Shown here piece after piece: positions 43,222 to 52,144 of a DNA stretch of 52,144 nucleotides. Every line of letters starts with the position of its first letter. Position 1 is the first letter of the stretch. The notes below the pieces were generated by a model. It saw only the letters and a program-made list of their open reading frames with translations. It was not told where the DNA came from and made no database searches. The position numbers and the translations under genes are program-made. The stretch spans positions 1-52,144 of the IMG/VR virus record IMGVR_UViG_3300027721_000021; one strand, 5' to 3'. The DNA is from a virus. Taxonomy: Duplodnaviria; Caudoviricetes.

Positions 43222-43931
43222 ACCCATGTATCGTATCATTCTTCATGAACAACATCGACATGAAGACCGTAGGACTCCAACGCTCAGTGGTGGAGAAGTT
43301 CAATCGCAGTGGCGTGAAGCACTACCAGATTCAGGTAGATCTTCCGCACGGTGTTGCGATGGATTACTTTTGGGCATTGAACGGTTCATCCGTCGAGGCA
43401 TTTGAAGGTAAGATCGAACAGCAGATGGAACATGATGCCGTCCTCTTCCTTGACATTGACGCAATCCCGGTCATGGATCGTTCCATCGACACTTATCTGG
43501 CTTACGCTTATGAGGGACACCTCGCAGGCAACGCGCAAAGTTCTAATCACATTGGCGATGGGCAGCACATGTTTGCCGCGCCGAGTGCCGTCGCTATCTC
43601 TAAGGAGACTTACGACAAGATTGGAAGACCTTCCGCATACGAAAACCCTAATTCAGATGTAGGTGAAGAGTGGACTCGCGCTGCCCGAATTCACAAGGTT
43701 CCGGTTGACTTAGCCCTGCCAGTGTGCTACAATGAACCACCAGTTAGATATGATTGGGAACCAAAGGACGCGCCGCCTTACTGGACTCTCGCAAAGGGAT
43801 TCCCCAACTACGGACAAGGCACAACCTTCGGGGATTCAATCGGAAATCTCTTCTACCACCAGTTCCAAATTCGGATGCCGGGAGTCGAAGAGAAGTTCTG
43901 GAAGAAGTGTGAGAAGTTTTTAACGGAGTGA
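43218..43931 (+). CDS. Glycosyltransferase-like (GT-A, DxD) protein
   Basis: VLFLDIDAIP, GNAQSSNH, DVGEE. Confidence 0.65.
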   Translation: MNPCIVSFFMNNIDMKTVGLQRSVVEKFNRSGVKHYQIQVDLPHGVAMDYFWALNGSSVEAFEGKIEQQMEHDAVLFLDIDAIPVMDRSIDTYLAYAYEGHLAGNAQSSNHIGDGQHMFAAPSAVAISKETYDKIGRPSAYENPNSDVGEEWTRAARIHKVPVDLALPVCYNEPPVRYDWEPKDAPPYWTLAKGFPNYGQGTTFGDSIGNLFYHQFQIRMPGVEEKFWKKCEKFLTE

Positions 43932-43933
43932 TA

Positions 43934-44128
43934 ATGTCTAAGAATAGTGACTTTTTCAAGACCTCGGCAAAGGTGCCGCGAGTCCCGCAGTACCTCAAGA
44001 AGATGCTTGCCCTGAATGGCGGCACTCCTGAGATTCGCCGCCTGTTCGCGCAGGCGCACCTTGCCCACGTTACTCACAAGCTCAAGCGCGGCAACGAAGA
44101 CGCGGTTGACACCACTGAGGCAGAGTGA
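43934..44128 (+). CDS. Small hypothetical protein
   Basis: GGAG RBS; coupled to the next ORF. Confidence 0.6.
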   Translation: MSKNSDFFKTSAKVPRVPQYLKKMLALNGGTPEIRRLFAQAHLAHVTHKLKRGNEDAVDTTEAE

Positions 44129-44400
44129 TGGAATCCAATCCAACAAAGTTCGAAATCGTCAATGACGCAGGACCGGTCATCAAGGTTGTCGGTGAGACTG
44201 GCGAAGTCTCCAACCTGACCGAAGAAGTTGTGAATCCACGGTACAAGCACGTTGGCGAGTACAACAAGTCCACACATCCGAACTACAAACCGTCGCCAAT
44301 CTTTCGCGACATGAAGTGGCTGTTGGCTTACGACAAGCAGGCTGCGAAGTACCCGAAGCGTTTCAAGCCTCGCAATGCTACAGCACTGGCGCACAACTAA
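44128..44400 (+). CDS. Hypothetical protein
   Basis: TGATG coupling; 90 aa. Confidence 0.55.
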   Translation: MESNPTKFEIVNDAGPVIKVVGETGEVSNLTEEVVNPRYKHVGEYNKSTHPNYKPSPIFRDMKWLLAYDKQAAKYPKRFKPRNATALAHN

Positions 44401-45214
44401 CTATCCGACGTTAGAAATCACAACCAACATTGCAGCGAAAGGCTGCGTGGTGGATTGTGCTTTCTGTCCACAACGGACGCTTGAGAAGTCCTATCAGAGT
44501 GACGTTCGCGTACTCTCATTGGATGACTACAAACGTCTGGTGGACAAGGTGCCGAAGGAAGTTCGCATCACGTTCGCGGGATTCACAGAACCGTTCCTGA
44601 ACAAGCATTGCACCGACATGGTGCTGTATGCTCATGAGCAGGGTCACACGGTTTCCGTGTTCACTACCGGCGTGGGCATGAAGCCCGATGACGTATACCG
44701 TCTTGCGCATGTTCCATACGCAGGCAATCCCAACGGCGGATTCTGTCTACACCTTCCCGACAACGAGGGTATAGCGAACCATCCGGTGAACTACAACTAC
44801 ATCCGCGTGGTAGAAGCATTCCACGATCTACAACGTCAGATCAAGAACTTCTACGTTATGTGCATGAGTGAGAACGTTCACGAATCCGTCAGCCACTACT
44901 TTCCGCGAGCATCCGTGCCGCAGTTCTGGAATCGTGCCGGGAATCTCACAAAGGAACTCCACACAAAGCCACCGGAAGTCCAGAGGCGCACGCTTCATGC
45001 GGCTGTCAAGGACAAGCCACAGACTTGCGGTTGCGTCGAAGGACTCTACCATAACGTACTCCTGCCGAACGGTGACGTATCACTGTGCTGCATGGACTAC
45101 TCACTAGAGAACATTCTCGGCAACCTGTACGAGCAATCGTTTGATGACGTTGTACCAAAGTACAAGTCTTGTTTTGATATTTGCCGCCGTTGCGAAAACG
45201 GCATTGACCCATAA
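44375..45214 (+). CDS. Radical SAM protein with C-terminal SPASM/twitch domain
   Basis: CVVDCAFC (CxxxCxxC), GFTEP, NRAG, C...LLPNGDVSLCCMD..LGNL...CRRC. Confidence 0.88.
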   Translation: MLQHWRTTNYPTLEITTNIAAKGCVVDCAFCPQRTLEKSYQSDVRVLSLDDYKRLVDKVPKEVRITFAGFTEPFLNKHCTDMVLYAHEQGHTVSVFTTGVGMKPDDVYRLAHVPYAGNPNGGFCLHLPDNEGIANHPVNYNYIRVVEAFHDLQRQIKNFYVMCMSENVHESVSHYFPRASVPQFWNRAGNLTKELHTKPPEVQRRTLHAAVKDKPQTCGCVEGLYHNVLLPNGDVSLCCMDYSLENILGNLYEQSFDDVVPKYKSCFDICRRCENGIDP

Positions 45215-45220
45215 GAGGAT

Positions 45221-45544
45221 ATGACCATGACAGTGAAAGCAGTGAAATTGATTAGTGGCGAGGAACTCGTCGGTGAAGTTGTTCATGAGGAACGTGGCAA
45301 TGACGGTTTCATTGAGGAAATCTCCCTCAAGAACGTAATGCTAATTCTGATTCAGCGTGATCAGCAGGGCAACCTCGGCGTTGGCTTTGTGCCGTTCGCA
45401 CCGTATCTCGGCAAGAACACCACCTTCGACTTTAAGCACGATAAGCTCTTTTTCGTGAAAGAGGTTGACGATCAGATGGCAAACCAGTATAATAGTATCT
45501 TCGGTGGCATCGTAACTCCACCTAAGAGCATTCTGCTAGGCTAA
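45221..45544 (+). CDS. Conserved T4-like hypothetical protein (probable Sm-like fold)
   Basis: KLISGEELVG, FVPFAPY, YNSIFGGIVTP; usual gene before gp43. Confidence 0.7.
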   Translation: MTMTVKAVKLISGEELVGEVVHEERGNDGFIEEISLKNVMLILIQRDQQGNLGVGFVPFAPYLGKNTTFDFKHDKLFFVKEVDDQMANQYNSIFGGIVTPPKSILLG

Positions 45545-45554
45545 TGGTGATTAC

Positions 45555-48104
45555 TTGGACTTCTACACTAATGTCCGTCAATACGGCAAGTACATACTCT
45601 ATCGCGGCGTGGAGAACGGGAAGAAGGTTGCCCGTCGCGTAGAGTATCGCCCGACGTTCTTCGTTCCTTCGAAGAAGAAGTCCAAATACAAGACACTGGA
45701 TGGTCACTATGTCGAACCCATCGAACCGGGAAACATCAACGATGCACGCGACTTCCTTGAGCGATATAGCGGTGTTGAAACTTTCCCCATCTATGGTAAT
45801 AATCGCTACGAGTATACCTTCATTGCGGACGCTCATTCCGACGATGTACTTTGGGACGCAAAGTACCTTACTATTGCGTACATCGACATAGAGGTTGGCT
45901 CTGACAACGGGTTCCCCGAACCTCGCGAAGCCAACGAACCTGTCACCGCAATCACAATCCTGATCGACGGCAAGTACACCACCTTCGGCTGTGGTGACTA
46001 TACGCCGCATCGTGAAGACGTTACGTACATCAAGTGCCGTGACGAGATTGAGCTACTGCGCAAGTTCCTTGGGCATTGGTCTTGCAACTATCCTGATATC
46101 GTCACCGGTTGGAACGTCAAGTTCTTCGATATCCCATACCTGATCAACCGTATGCTTCGCGTCCTAGATGACGGTGAGGCTAATCTCATTTCGCCTTGGA
46201 AGAAGTTCCGCGAGAAGAACACGATGATCAAGGACCGCGAGCAGCAGTCCTACATGGTCTTCGGTATTGCCATCCTCGACTACATGGAGTTGTACAAGAA
46301 ATACTCTCCGGTAGCTTCGCAGGAATCCTATGCGTTGAACCATATCGCAGGCGTGGAGCTAGGGCGCAAGAAACTCGACTACTCCGAGTACGAGAGCCTG
46401 TACGACCTGTACAAGCGCGACCATCAGAAGTTCATTGAGTACAACATTCTCGACACCGAACTGGTGTACGAGATTGAAGTCAACGGTATCAAGTCGAGCA
46501 AGCTGCTTGAGTTGGCTCTTACTCTGGCTTACGACAACAAGTGCAACTACGAAGACGTATTCCAACAGGTCCGCATGTGGGACTCTATCATCTTCAATCA
46601 CTTGAAGAAGAAGAACATCGTCATCCCGATGCAGAAGTTGGGCAAGAAAGACGACCAGTATGCCGGTGCGCATGTCAAGGAACCCAAGCCGGGACTCTAC
46701 AATTGGGTAGTGTCGTTCGACTTGAACTCCCTGTATCCACACTTGATCATGCAGTACAACCTGTCGCCTGAGACTCTAATCAAGGTGGACGATTACACCG
46801 ACGAAATGCGTGCGGTGCGCCCATCCGTATCCGTTGACTCTCTCTTGAACAGGGAACCAGACCTGTCGTTCCTCAAGGGTACGAAGGTCACGGTCACTCC
46901 TAATCAGCAGTTCTTCTACACCGGCAAGCGTGGCTTCCTCGGTGAGATTATGGACGACATGTACAAGGGACGTTCCCGCTACAAGAAGATGGCAATCGAA
47001 GCCAAGAAAAAGCTTGAGACTGTGAAAGAGGATCCGAATCAGTATGCGTATGTTCAGCGTGAAGTGGCTCGTTACAACAATCTACAGATGGCTAAGAAGG
47101 TTTCGCTCAACTCAGCCTACGGTGCAATCGGAAACCAATACTTCCGATTCTTTGATATTAGAATTGCCGAAGCTATCACACTTGGAGGTCAGTTATCTTA
47201 CAAGTGGATTGAGCAGCACATCAATGCCTACCTTAACAAGCTCGTCGGCACCGAAGGTGTGGACTACGTAATCGCGGGTGACACCGACTCCATGTATCTC
47301 AACCTTGAGGCACTGGTGCAGAAGTTCATCAAGAACACTTCTGACAAGCACAAGGTCATCGACTTGCTCGACAAGATCTGCGAAGAGAAGATTCAGCCGT
47401 TCATCGACAAGACCTATCAGGAACTCGCAGACTACACTAATGCCTATGAGCAGAAGATGCAGATGAAGCGCGAGTCCCTGTGTGACCGTGCAATCTGGAA
47501 GGCTAAGAAGCATTACATCCTCAACGTCTACGACGAGGAAGGTGTGAAGTACAAGGAACCGAAGGTCAAGACCGTTGGCATTGAAACCAACAAGACCTCC
47601 GCGTATCCTGCGGCAACCCGCGCAGCAATGCGTGAGTGCATCAAGGTCATTCTGGACAAGGACGAGGCTGCGGCAATTCAGTTCATCGAAGACTTCCGTG
47701 TGAAGTTCCGAACACTGCCGATTGAGGATATCGCGTTCCCGCGTGGTGTCAACGGTATCGAAAAGAATGCGTCTGAGGCTGACATGTGGATCAAGGGTAC
47801 GCCGATGCACACGAAGGCGGCAATTCTCTACAACCATATCCTGCGCGAGAAGAAACTCACTAAGAGATATCAGAGCATCAAGGACGGCGAAAAGATCAAG
47901 TTCGTTCACTTGAAGCTGCCTAATCCTTATCGCAATAACACAATCGGATTCATCAATCGTCTGCCGAAGGAATTCGAATTAGAGGAATACATCGACTACG
48001 ACGAGCAGTTCGATGGCACCTTCCTTGAGCCGATGCGCGGCATCCTAAGTGTAATTGGTTGGAAAGCGGAAGAGGTATCTTCCCTTGAATCGTTCTTTAC
48101 TTGA
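45555..48104 (+). CDS. gp43: DNA polymerase, family B
   Basis: Exo DIEV, TGWN..FFDIPY; SFDLNSLYP, KVSLNSAYG, GDTDS; C-term clamp-binding SLESFF. Confidence 0.98.
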   Translation: MDFYTNVRQYGKYILYRGVENGKKVARRVEYRPTFFVPSKKKSKYKTLDGHYVEPIEPGNINDARDFLERYSGVETFPIYGNNRYEYTFIADAHSDDVLWDAKYLTIAYIDIEVGSDNGFPEPREANEPVTAITILIDGKYTTFGCGDYTPHREDVTYIKCRDEIELLRKFLGHWSCNYPDIVTGWNVKFFDIPYLINRMLRVLDDGEANLISPWKKFREKNTMIKDREQQSYMVFGIAILDYMELYKKYSPVASQESYALNHIAGVELGRKKLDYSEYESLYDLYKRDHQKFIEYNILDTELVYEIEVNGIKSSKLLELALTLAYDNKCNYEDVFQQVRMWDSIIFNHLKKKNIVIPMQKLGKKDDQYAGAHVKEPKPGLYNWVVSFDLNSLYPHLIMQYNLSPETLIKVDDYTDEMRAVRPSVSVDSLLNREPDLSFLKGTKVTVTPNQQFFYTGKRGFLGEIMDDMYKGRSRYKKMAIEAKKKLETVKEDPNQYAYVQREVARYNNLQMAKKVSLNSAYGAIGNQYFRFFDIRIAEAITLGGQLSYKWIEQHINAYLNKLVGTEGVDYVIAGDTDSMYLNLEALVQKFIKNTSDKHKVIDLLDKICEEKIQPFIDKTYQELADYTNAYEQKMQMKRESLCDRAIWKAKKHYILNVYDEEGVKYKEPKVKTVGIETNKTSAYPAATRAAMRECIKVILDKDEAAAIQFIEDFRVKFRTLPIEDIAFPRGVNGIEKNASEADMWIKGTPMHTKAAILYNHILREKKLTKRYQSIKDGEKIKFVHLKLPNPYRNNTIGFINRLPKEFELEEYIDYDEQFDGTFLEPMRGILSVIGWKAEEVSSLESFFT

Positions 48105-48124
48105 CGCGCCGATTGTGCTACAAT
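48096..48124 (+). promoter_or_regulatory. sigma70 promoter for uvsX
   Basis: TTTACT-17-TACAAT with extended TG. Confidence 0.6.
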
Positions 48125-48195
48125 GATACATCATGACCAAACACTTCAACACTGATTACGATGAAGACCCGTATTACCATCGAAAGGAAATTACT

Positions 48196-49248
48196 ATGAG
48201 TTTGCTAGACAAGATTAAGAAGAATTCGACAATCAAGGATACTGCTATCCTAGAGAAGTCCAAGTTCTTCCAAGACAAGGACATGATCAGCACGGACATT
48301 CCGGTGCTGAACGTTGCCCTCGGTGGATCACTGAATGGTGGATTCACTCCCGGTCTGACCATGTGGGCAGGACCGTCGAAGAACTTCAAGACCGCATTCT
48401 GCTTGATCATGGTCAAGGCATATCAGGAAAAGTATCCGGAAGGCGTGGTTCTGTTCTATGACTCCGAATTCGGTACACCGCAGGGCTACTTCGACACCTT
48501 CGGCATCGACACTTCGCGAGTGCTGCATACGCCGGTCACGGACGTAGAGCAGTTGAAGTTCGATATCATGACTCAGTTGAACGACATTGCGCGTGGTGAA
48601 CGTGTGATGATCGTCATCGACTCTATCGGCAACCTCGCTTCCAAGAAGGAAGTCGAAGACGCACTGGAAGGCAAGAGCGTGGCTGACATGACTCGCGCCA
48701 AGCAGATTAAGTCCCTGTTCCGCATGGTAACGCCGCACCTCACACTCAAGGATATTCCTATGGTAGTGGTCAACCACACCTATAAGGAAATTGGGTTATA
48801 TCCGAAAGATATTGTCGGCGGCGGAACAGGGTCTTATTATTCGGCTGACAACATCTACATTCTCGGCAGGCAGCAGGAGAAGGAAGGCACGGAAGTCATT
48901 GGCTACTCGTTCATCATCAACGTGGAGAAGTCCCGTTACGTGCGCGAGAAGAGCAAGATTCCTGTCACGGTCACGTTTGAAGGTGGTGTGAACAAGTATT
49001 CCGGTCTGATGGATATCGCTCTGGAAACTGGTCATGTGACTAAGCCTAACGTCGGTTGGTATGCCAAGGTTGACGTAGAAACGGGCGAAGTCGAAGACAA
49101 GAAGTGGCGACTCGCGGACACCCAAACGGCAGAGTTTTGGGATCCGATTCTTGAGTCCGAATCTTTCCAGAATGCGGTCGAGGCTAAATACAAGTTCGCA
49201 TCCGTATTCCATACGAAGGACGAGGAACAAGTCGATGAAGAAGTATAA
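48196..49248 (+). CDS. uvsX: RecA-like recombinase
   Basis: AGPSKNFKT, FYDSEFG, DSIGNLASKKE, VVVNHTY, SRYVREKSK; AAGGA RBS before 48196 (in-frame ATG also at 48133). Confidence 0.96.
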   Translation: MSLLDKIKKNSTIKDTAILEKSKFFQDKDMISTDIPVLNVALGGSLNGGFTPGLTMWAGPSKNFKTAFCLIMVKAYQEKYPEGVVLFYDSEFGTPQGYFDTFGIDTSRVLHTPVTDVEQLKFDIMTQLNDIARGERVMIVIDSIGNLASKKEVEDALEGKSVADMTRAKQIKSLFRMVTPHLTLKDIPMVVVNHTYKEIGLYPKDIVGGGTGSYYSADNIYILGRQQEKEGTEVIGYSFIINVEKSRYVREKSKIPVTVTFEGGVNKYSGLMDIALETGHVTKPNVGWYAKVDVETGEVEDKKWRLADTQTAEFWDPILESESFQNAVEAKYKFASVFHTKDEEQVDEEV

Positions 49249-49780
49249 AGAGAAACTACAGTTCTGGTGGGCTAAGACGACTATCAAGGACGGACGAGAT
49301 TTCGATATCCTGATGGACGACCGTGGGATGCTCGTAACCATCCTTAGTGGTAAGTTCAAAGGTGTCTCATTCCGGTACTCCCCACTAACCGTACTAGACG
49401 ATGAAGGACTGGTTGACTTTAGCACGCATGTAGCGTATAATCCAAAGGGTCTAGACGTATCTGACCCGAAGTTTGCGAAGCTGACAACCAACATTCTGCG
49501 CATCCTCCTAGCCGATGCGATTCCAGAAACAGCCGCACAGAAGCATGAAGAAATACAGGTGATTGATGAGAACCGAGACACTGATACTGACAAGCTTGAT
49601 CAAGAACGAGTCTTTCATGAGGAAAGCACTCCCCTTCTTGAAAAGCGAGTATCTAAGCGAAAGCCCCGAAAGAAAACTGTTTCAGCAGATTCAGGAGTAC
49701 ATCCTAAAGTACAACAGCCTGCCAAGCCAAAGCGCACTCGCGCTCGGACTACAGGAAAGAAACGACCTCACGGAAAGTGA
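49235..49780 (+). CDS. Hypothetical protein at the gp40 position, 3' end overlapping gp41
   Basis: GAGGA RBS; VTILSGKFKGVSFRY...VDF resembles gp40-like proteins between uvsX and gp41. Confidence 0.6.
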   Translation: MKKYKEKLQFWWAKTTIKDGRDFDILMDDRGMLVTILSGKFKGVSFRYSPLTVLDDEGLVDFSTHVAYNPKGLDVSDPKFAKLTTNILRILLADAIPETAAQKHEEIQVIDENRDTDTDKLDQERVFHEESTPLLEKRVSKRKPRKKTVSADSGVHPKVQQPAKPKRTRARTTGKKRPHGK

Positions 49781-50936
49781 GTTCAAAGCATGTAAAGAAA
49801 TTCTGAGCGAAATCTCGGAAGGTGATACTGCCGACAAAGATACACAATGGATACTTGATACCACCGAAAAGTTCTGTCAAGAGAAGGCTATCTACAATGC
49901 CATCATGGAATCCATTCAAATCATTGACGGCAAGGATGAAAAGCATCACAAGGGAGCTATTCCTAGCATTCTTAGTGATGCTCTTGGTGTTAGTTTTGAT
50001 CCCAACGTTGGTCATGATTATCTCGATATGTCTGCTTCTCGCTATGATTTCTATCATCGAATCGAAAAGCGGATCCCCTTCGACCTTACGTATTTCAATA
50101 AGATCACGAATGGAGGGGTCTGCCGGAAAACGCTCAACATCATCCTCGCGGGAACCGGAGTAGGTAAGTCCCTTGCGATGTGCCACTTTGCTGCGGCAGC
50201 AATGCAGCAGCAGTTCAATGTCCTGTACATCACGATGGAAATGGCAGAAGAGCGCATTGCAGAACGCATCGACGCTAATCTATTGAACCTGACCATGGAC
50301 GATGTGAAGTGCCTGTCGAAAGACATGTACGAGACTCGCATGGACAAGATCAAAGCCAACGTCAAGGGCAAGTTGATCATCAAGGAATACCCTACAGCAT
50401 CCGCGAATGCTTCGCATTTCCGTGCGTTGCTCCAAGACCTCAGACTCAAGCGTAACTTCAAGCCTGATATCATCTTCATCGACTACCTGAATATCTGTGC
50501 ATCCTCGCGCATCAAGCCGGGAGCGAACATCAACTCCTACACCTACGTCAAGGCAATCGCGGAAGAACTGCGTGGTCTTGCGGTGGAGTTCGACGTACCC
50601 GTATTCTCGGCAACGCAGACTACCCGTTCTGGCTTCTCTTCCTCCGATCCCGGTCTGGAAGATACGTCTGAATCCTTCGGTCTGCCTGCGACGGCTGACC
50701 TCATGTTTGCTCTAATCAGCACAGAGGAACTGGAAGCCCTCAATCAGATTATGGTCAAGCAACTCAAGAACCGGTACAATGATCCGACGCTAAATAAGAG
50801 GTTCACCGTGGGTATTGACAGGGCTAAGATGCGCCTGTATGATCTAGACCCTACGGCACAACAAGGTCTGGTGGATGCCGGTCATCAAGGCAACTCACCT
50901 AGCGGCGGCAACAAGTTCAAAGGGTTCAAGGTATAA
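49566..50936 (+). CDS. gp41: Replicative DnaB-like helicase
   Basis: LPFLK.EY, FD..VGHDY, AGTGVGKS, IIKEYPT, IDYLNI, SATQTTR, SESFGLPATAD, KQLKNRY. Confidence 0.97.
   Translation: MRTETLILTSLIKNESFMRKALPFLKSEYLSESPERKLFQQIQEYILKYNSLPSQSALALGLQERNDLTESEFKACKEILSEISEGDTADKDTQWILDTTEKFCQEKAIYNAIMESIQIIDGKDEKHHKGAIPSILSDALGVSFDPNVGHDYLDMSASRYDFYHRIEKRIPFDLTYFNKITNGGVCRKTLNIILAGTGVGKSLAMCHFAAAAMQQQFNVLYITMEMAEERIAERIDANLLNLTMDDVKCLSKDMYETRMDKIKANVKGKLIIKEYPTASANASHFRALLQDLRLKRNFKPDIIFIDYLNICASSRIKPGANINSYTYVKAIAEELRGLAVEFDVPVFSATQTTRSGFSSSDPGLEDTSESFGLPATADLMFALISTEELEALNQIMVKQLKNRYNDPTLNKRFTVGIDRAKMRLYDLDPTAQQGLVDAGHQGNSPSGGNKFKGFKV
50789..50796 (+). promoter_or_regulatory. Possible late promoter GCTAAATA inside gp41
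   Basis: TAAATA about 140 nt upstream of the 50936 ORF. Confidence 0.45.
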
Positions 50937-51709
50937 TGGCACAGGAAGGGTTTGTCTACGAACAGAACGCATGGAAAGCCTTGAAGCCTTACGGCATCAC
51001 AGGTCGCCCTCCTGCGGGTGCTGCGCACGATAGACCCGACCTAGAACTCAAGGTTGGCAAGATCACAACCGGCGTGGAATTGAAGAATGCTCCTACCACT
51101 GCCGGTTCTCTTGTCATGCAGTATTTCGACGGTGAGTGGCACTTCGGTCCTACCGGTGGCGACGATGAAAAGGAATTCATGAAGGCTGTCGGCATGAAAG
51201 TCGATATCCTTGACACCATGAACAGCAAGTGGAAGAAGCCAGTCCTGCAATACAAGGGCGCACAGAAGGTCTACGTGGGTGCGGATGATTCTCGCAAGGC
51301 ATACGATCTTGACCTCGCCAAGTTTGGTGGCAAGGGTGCCGGTGATATCTACGTCACGGTTCCTAACAAGACCATTTCAGGTTACTACAACACGAAGAAG
51401 ACCTACTACCTGAACGTCGGCACGCATGGTTTGTTCCTCTTCGGAACCAAAGACCCACTCGACCTCAATGATCGCTTGAAGAAAGCAAAACAGAAGCCGG
51501 TTCCAGACTTCTCCACCCCGGCATCCGCAGTCACACAGATTCGCGTGCGTTGTCAGTACAAGGGTGGCGGCAGCTATCAGTTCTCGTTCACATTACAGTT
51601 TGGTAAGGTGATCAAGTCGCCTTACAACATTGCGCCTATCAGACTAGGCAGCAGTTCTCTTATAGATACTACAAGACTCAAGAAGGACGCAGTGCTAGGC
51701 GTACTTTAG
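50936..51709 (+). CDS. Putative PD-(D/E)XK endonuclease
   Basis: G..YE N-terminal helix, RPDLEL...GVELK catalytic pattern. Confidence 0.6.
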   Translation: MAQEGFVYEQNAWKALKPYGITGRPPAGAAHDRPDLELKVGKITTGVELKNAPTTAGSLVMQYFDGEWHFGPTGGDDEKEFMKAVGMKVDILDTMNSKWKKPVLQYKGAQKVYVGADDSRKAYDLDLAKFGGKGAGDIYVTVPNKTISGYYNTKKTYYLNVGTHGLFLFGTKDPLDLNDRLKKAKQKPVPDFSTPASAVTQIRVRCQYKGGGSYQFSFTLQFGKVIKSPYNIAPIRLGSSSLIDTTRLKKDAVLGVL

Positions 51710-51727
51710 TGACAAAGGTGACTCGTT

Positions 51728-52144
51728 ATGACTATTCTAGTGACAGGTGGATTGGGATTCATTGGTAGCGCATTCGTGCGCCGTTGGTCTATGATCAACA
51801 ACGAACCCCTGATTATTCTCGACCGGTTGGCTTACTCAGCCAATCCCCTCAACATCAAGCCGCAGCGTGATACCGTGACCGTTCATATCGGTGACGTTGC
51901 GGATCCGCGTGACGTAAAGAGTCTCCTGTTGGAGTACATGCCTCGCGCAATTTTCCACTTCGCAGCCGAGTCGCACGTAGACAACTCCATCAACGACACT
52001 ACTCCGTTCCTGCACTCCAATGTGTACGGCACGGTGAACCTGTTGGATCAAATCAAGAACCATAGACCACAGTGCCACTTCATTCATGTCTCTACGGATG
52101 AAGTCTTCGGTTCGCTAGGTCTGAAAGACCCTGCATTCAACGAA
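51728..52144 (+). CDS. rfbB: dTDP-glucose 4,6-dehydratase (3'-truncated by window edge; not in track)
   Basis: Translated by eye: ILVTGGLGFIGS, HFAAESHVDNSI, SNVYGT, HVSTDEVFG. Confidence 0.92.
   Translation, partial: MTILVTGGLGFIGSAFVRRWSMINNEPLIILDRLAYSANPLNIKPQRDTVTVHIGDVADPRDVKSLLLEYMPRAIFHFAAESHVDNSINDTTPFLHSNVYGTVNLLDQIKNHRPQCHFIHVSTDEVFGSLGLKDPAFNE

Noticed and set aside
45555-50936. Introns or inteins in gp43, uvsX or gp41
   Set aside because: Lengths are normal, motifs are contiguous and no splice-junction motifs were seen.
146-52087. Numerous minus-strand and nested alternative-frame ORFs in the track (e.g. 22766-23830, 17758-18555, 47193-47909)
   Set aside because: They are shadows of well-supported + strand genes, with no motifs or RBS; codon bias keeps antisense frames open.

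Overview
This is a 52 kb segment of a T4-like myovirus genome (about 50% GC, essentially all genes on the + strand), with a gene order like marine and freshwater T4-like phages and a probable proteobacterial host. It begins with the virion core (gp17-18-19-20-67-68-21-22-23-3), then uvsY/uvsW, gp55, gp47/46, peptide deformylase and a CobT/CobS-like pair. Next come an Mrr-like nuclease-helicase with a split helicase-associated (HA) tail, a glycosyltransferase plus dNMP kinase, gp45/dsbA/gp44/gp62/regA and nucleotide-metabolism genes. A dense early region of small ORFs follows, then FN3-like proteins, a glycosyl/methyltransferase/radical-SAM cluster, gp43, uvsX, gp41, a PD-(D/E)XK nuclease and a truncated rfbB. 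The most notable observations are: (1) gp67 extended into an apparent protease-cleavable polyprotein of basic cargo modules; (2) a helicase whose HA domain is split and has two alternative downstream partners; (3) four promoters with an IHF-consensus box exactly 31 bp upstream of the -35; (4) a perfect antisense sigma70 promoter pointing at uvsW; and (5) strong GGCC/CCWGG avoidance. All calls come from reading motifs and synteny; no database searches were run. I saw no tRNA, rRNA or CRISPR array.
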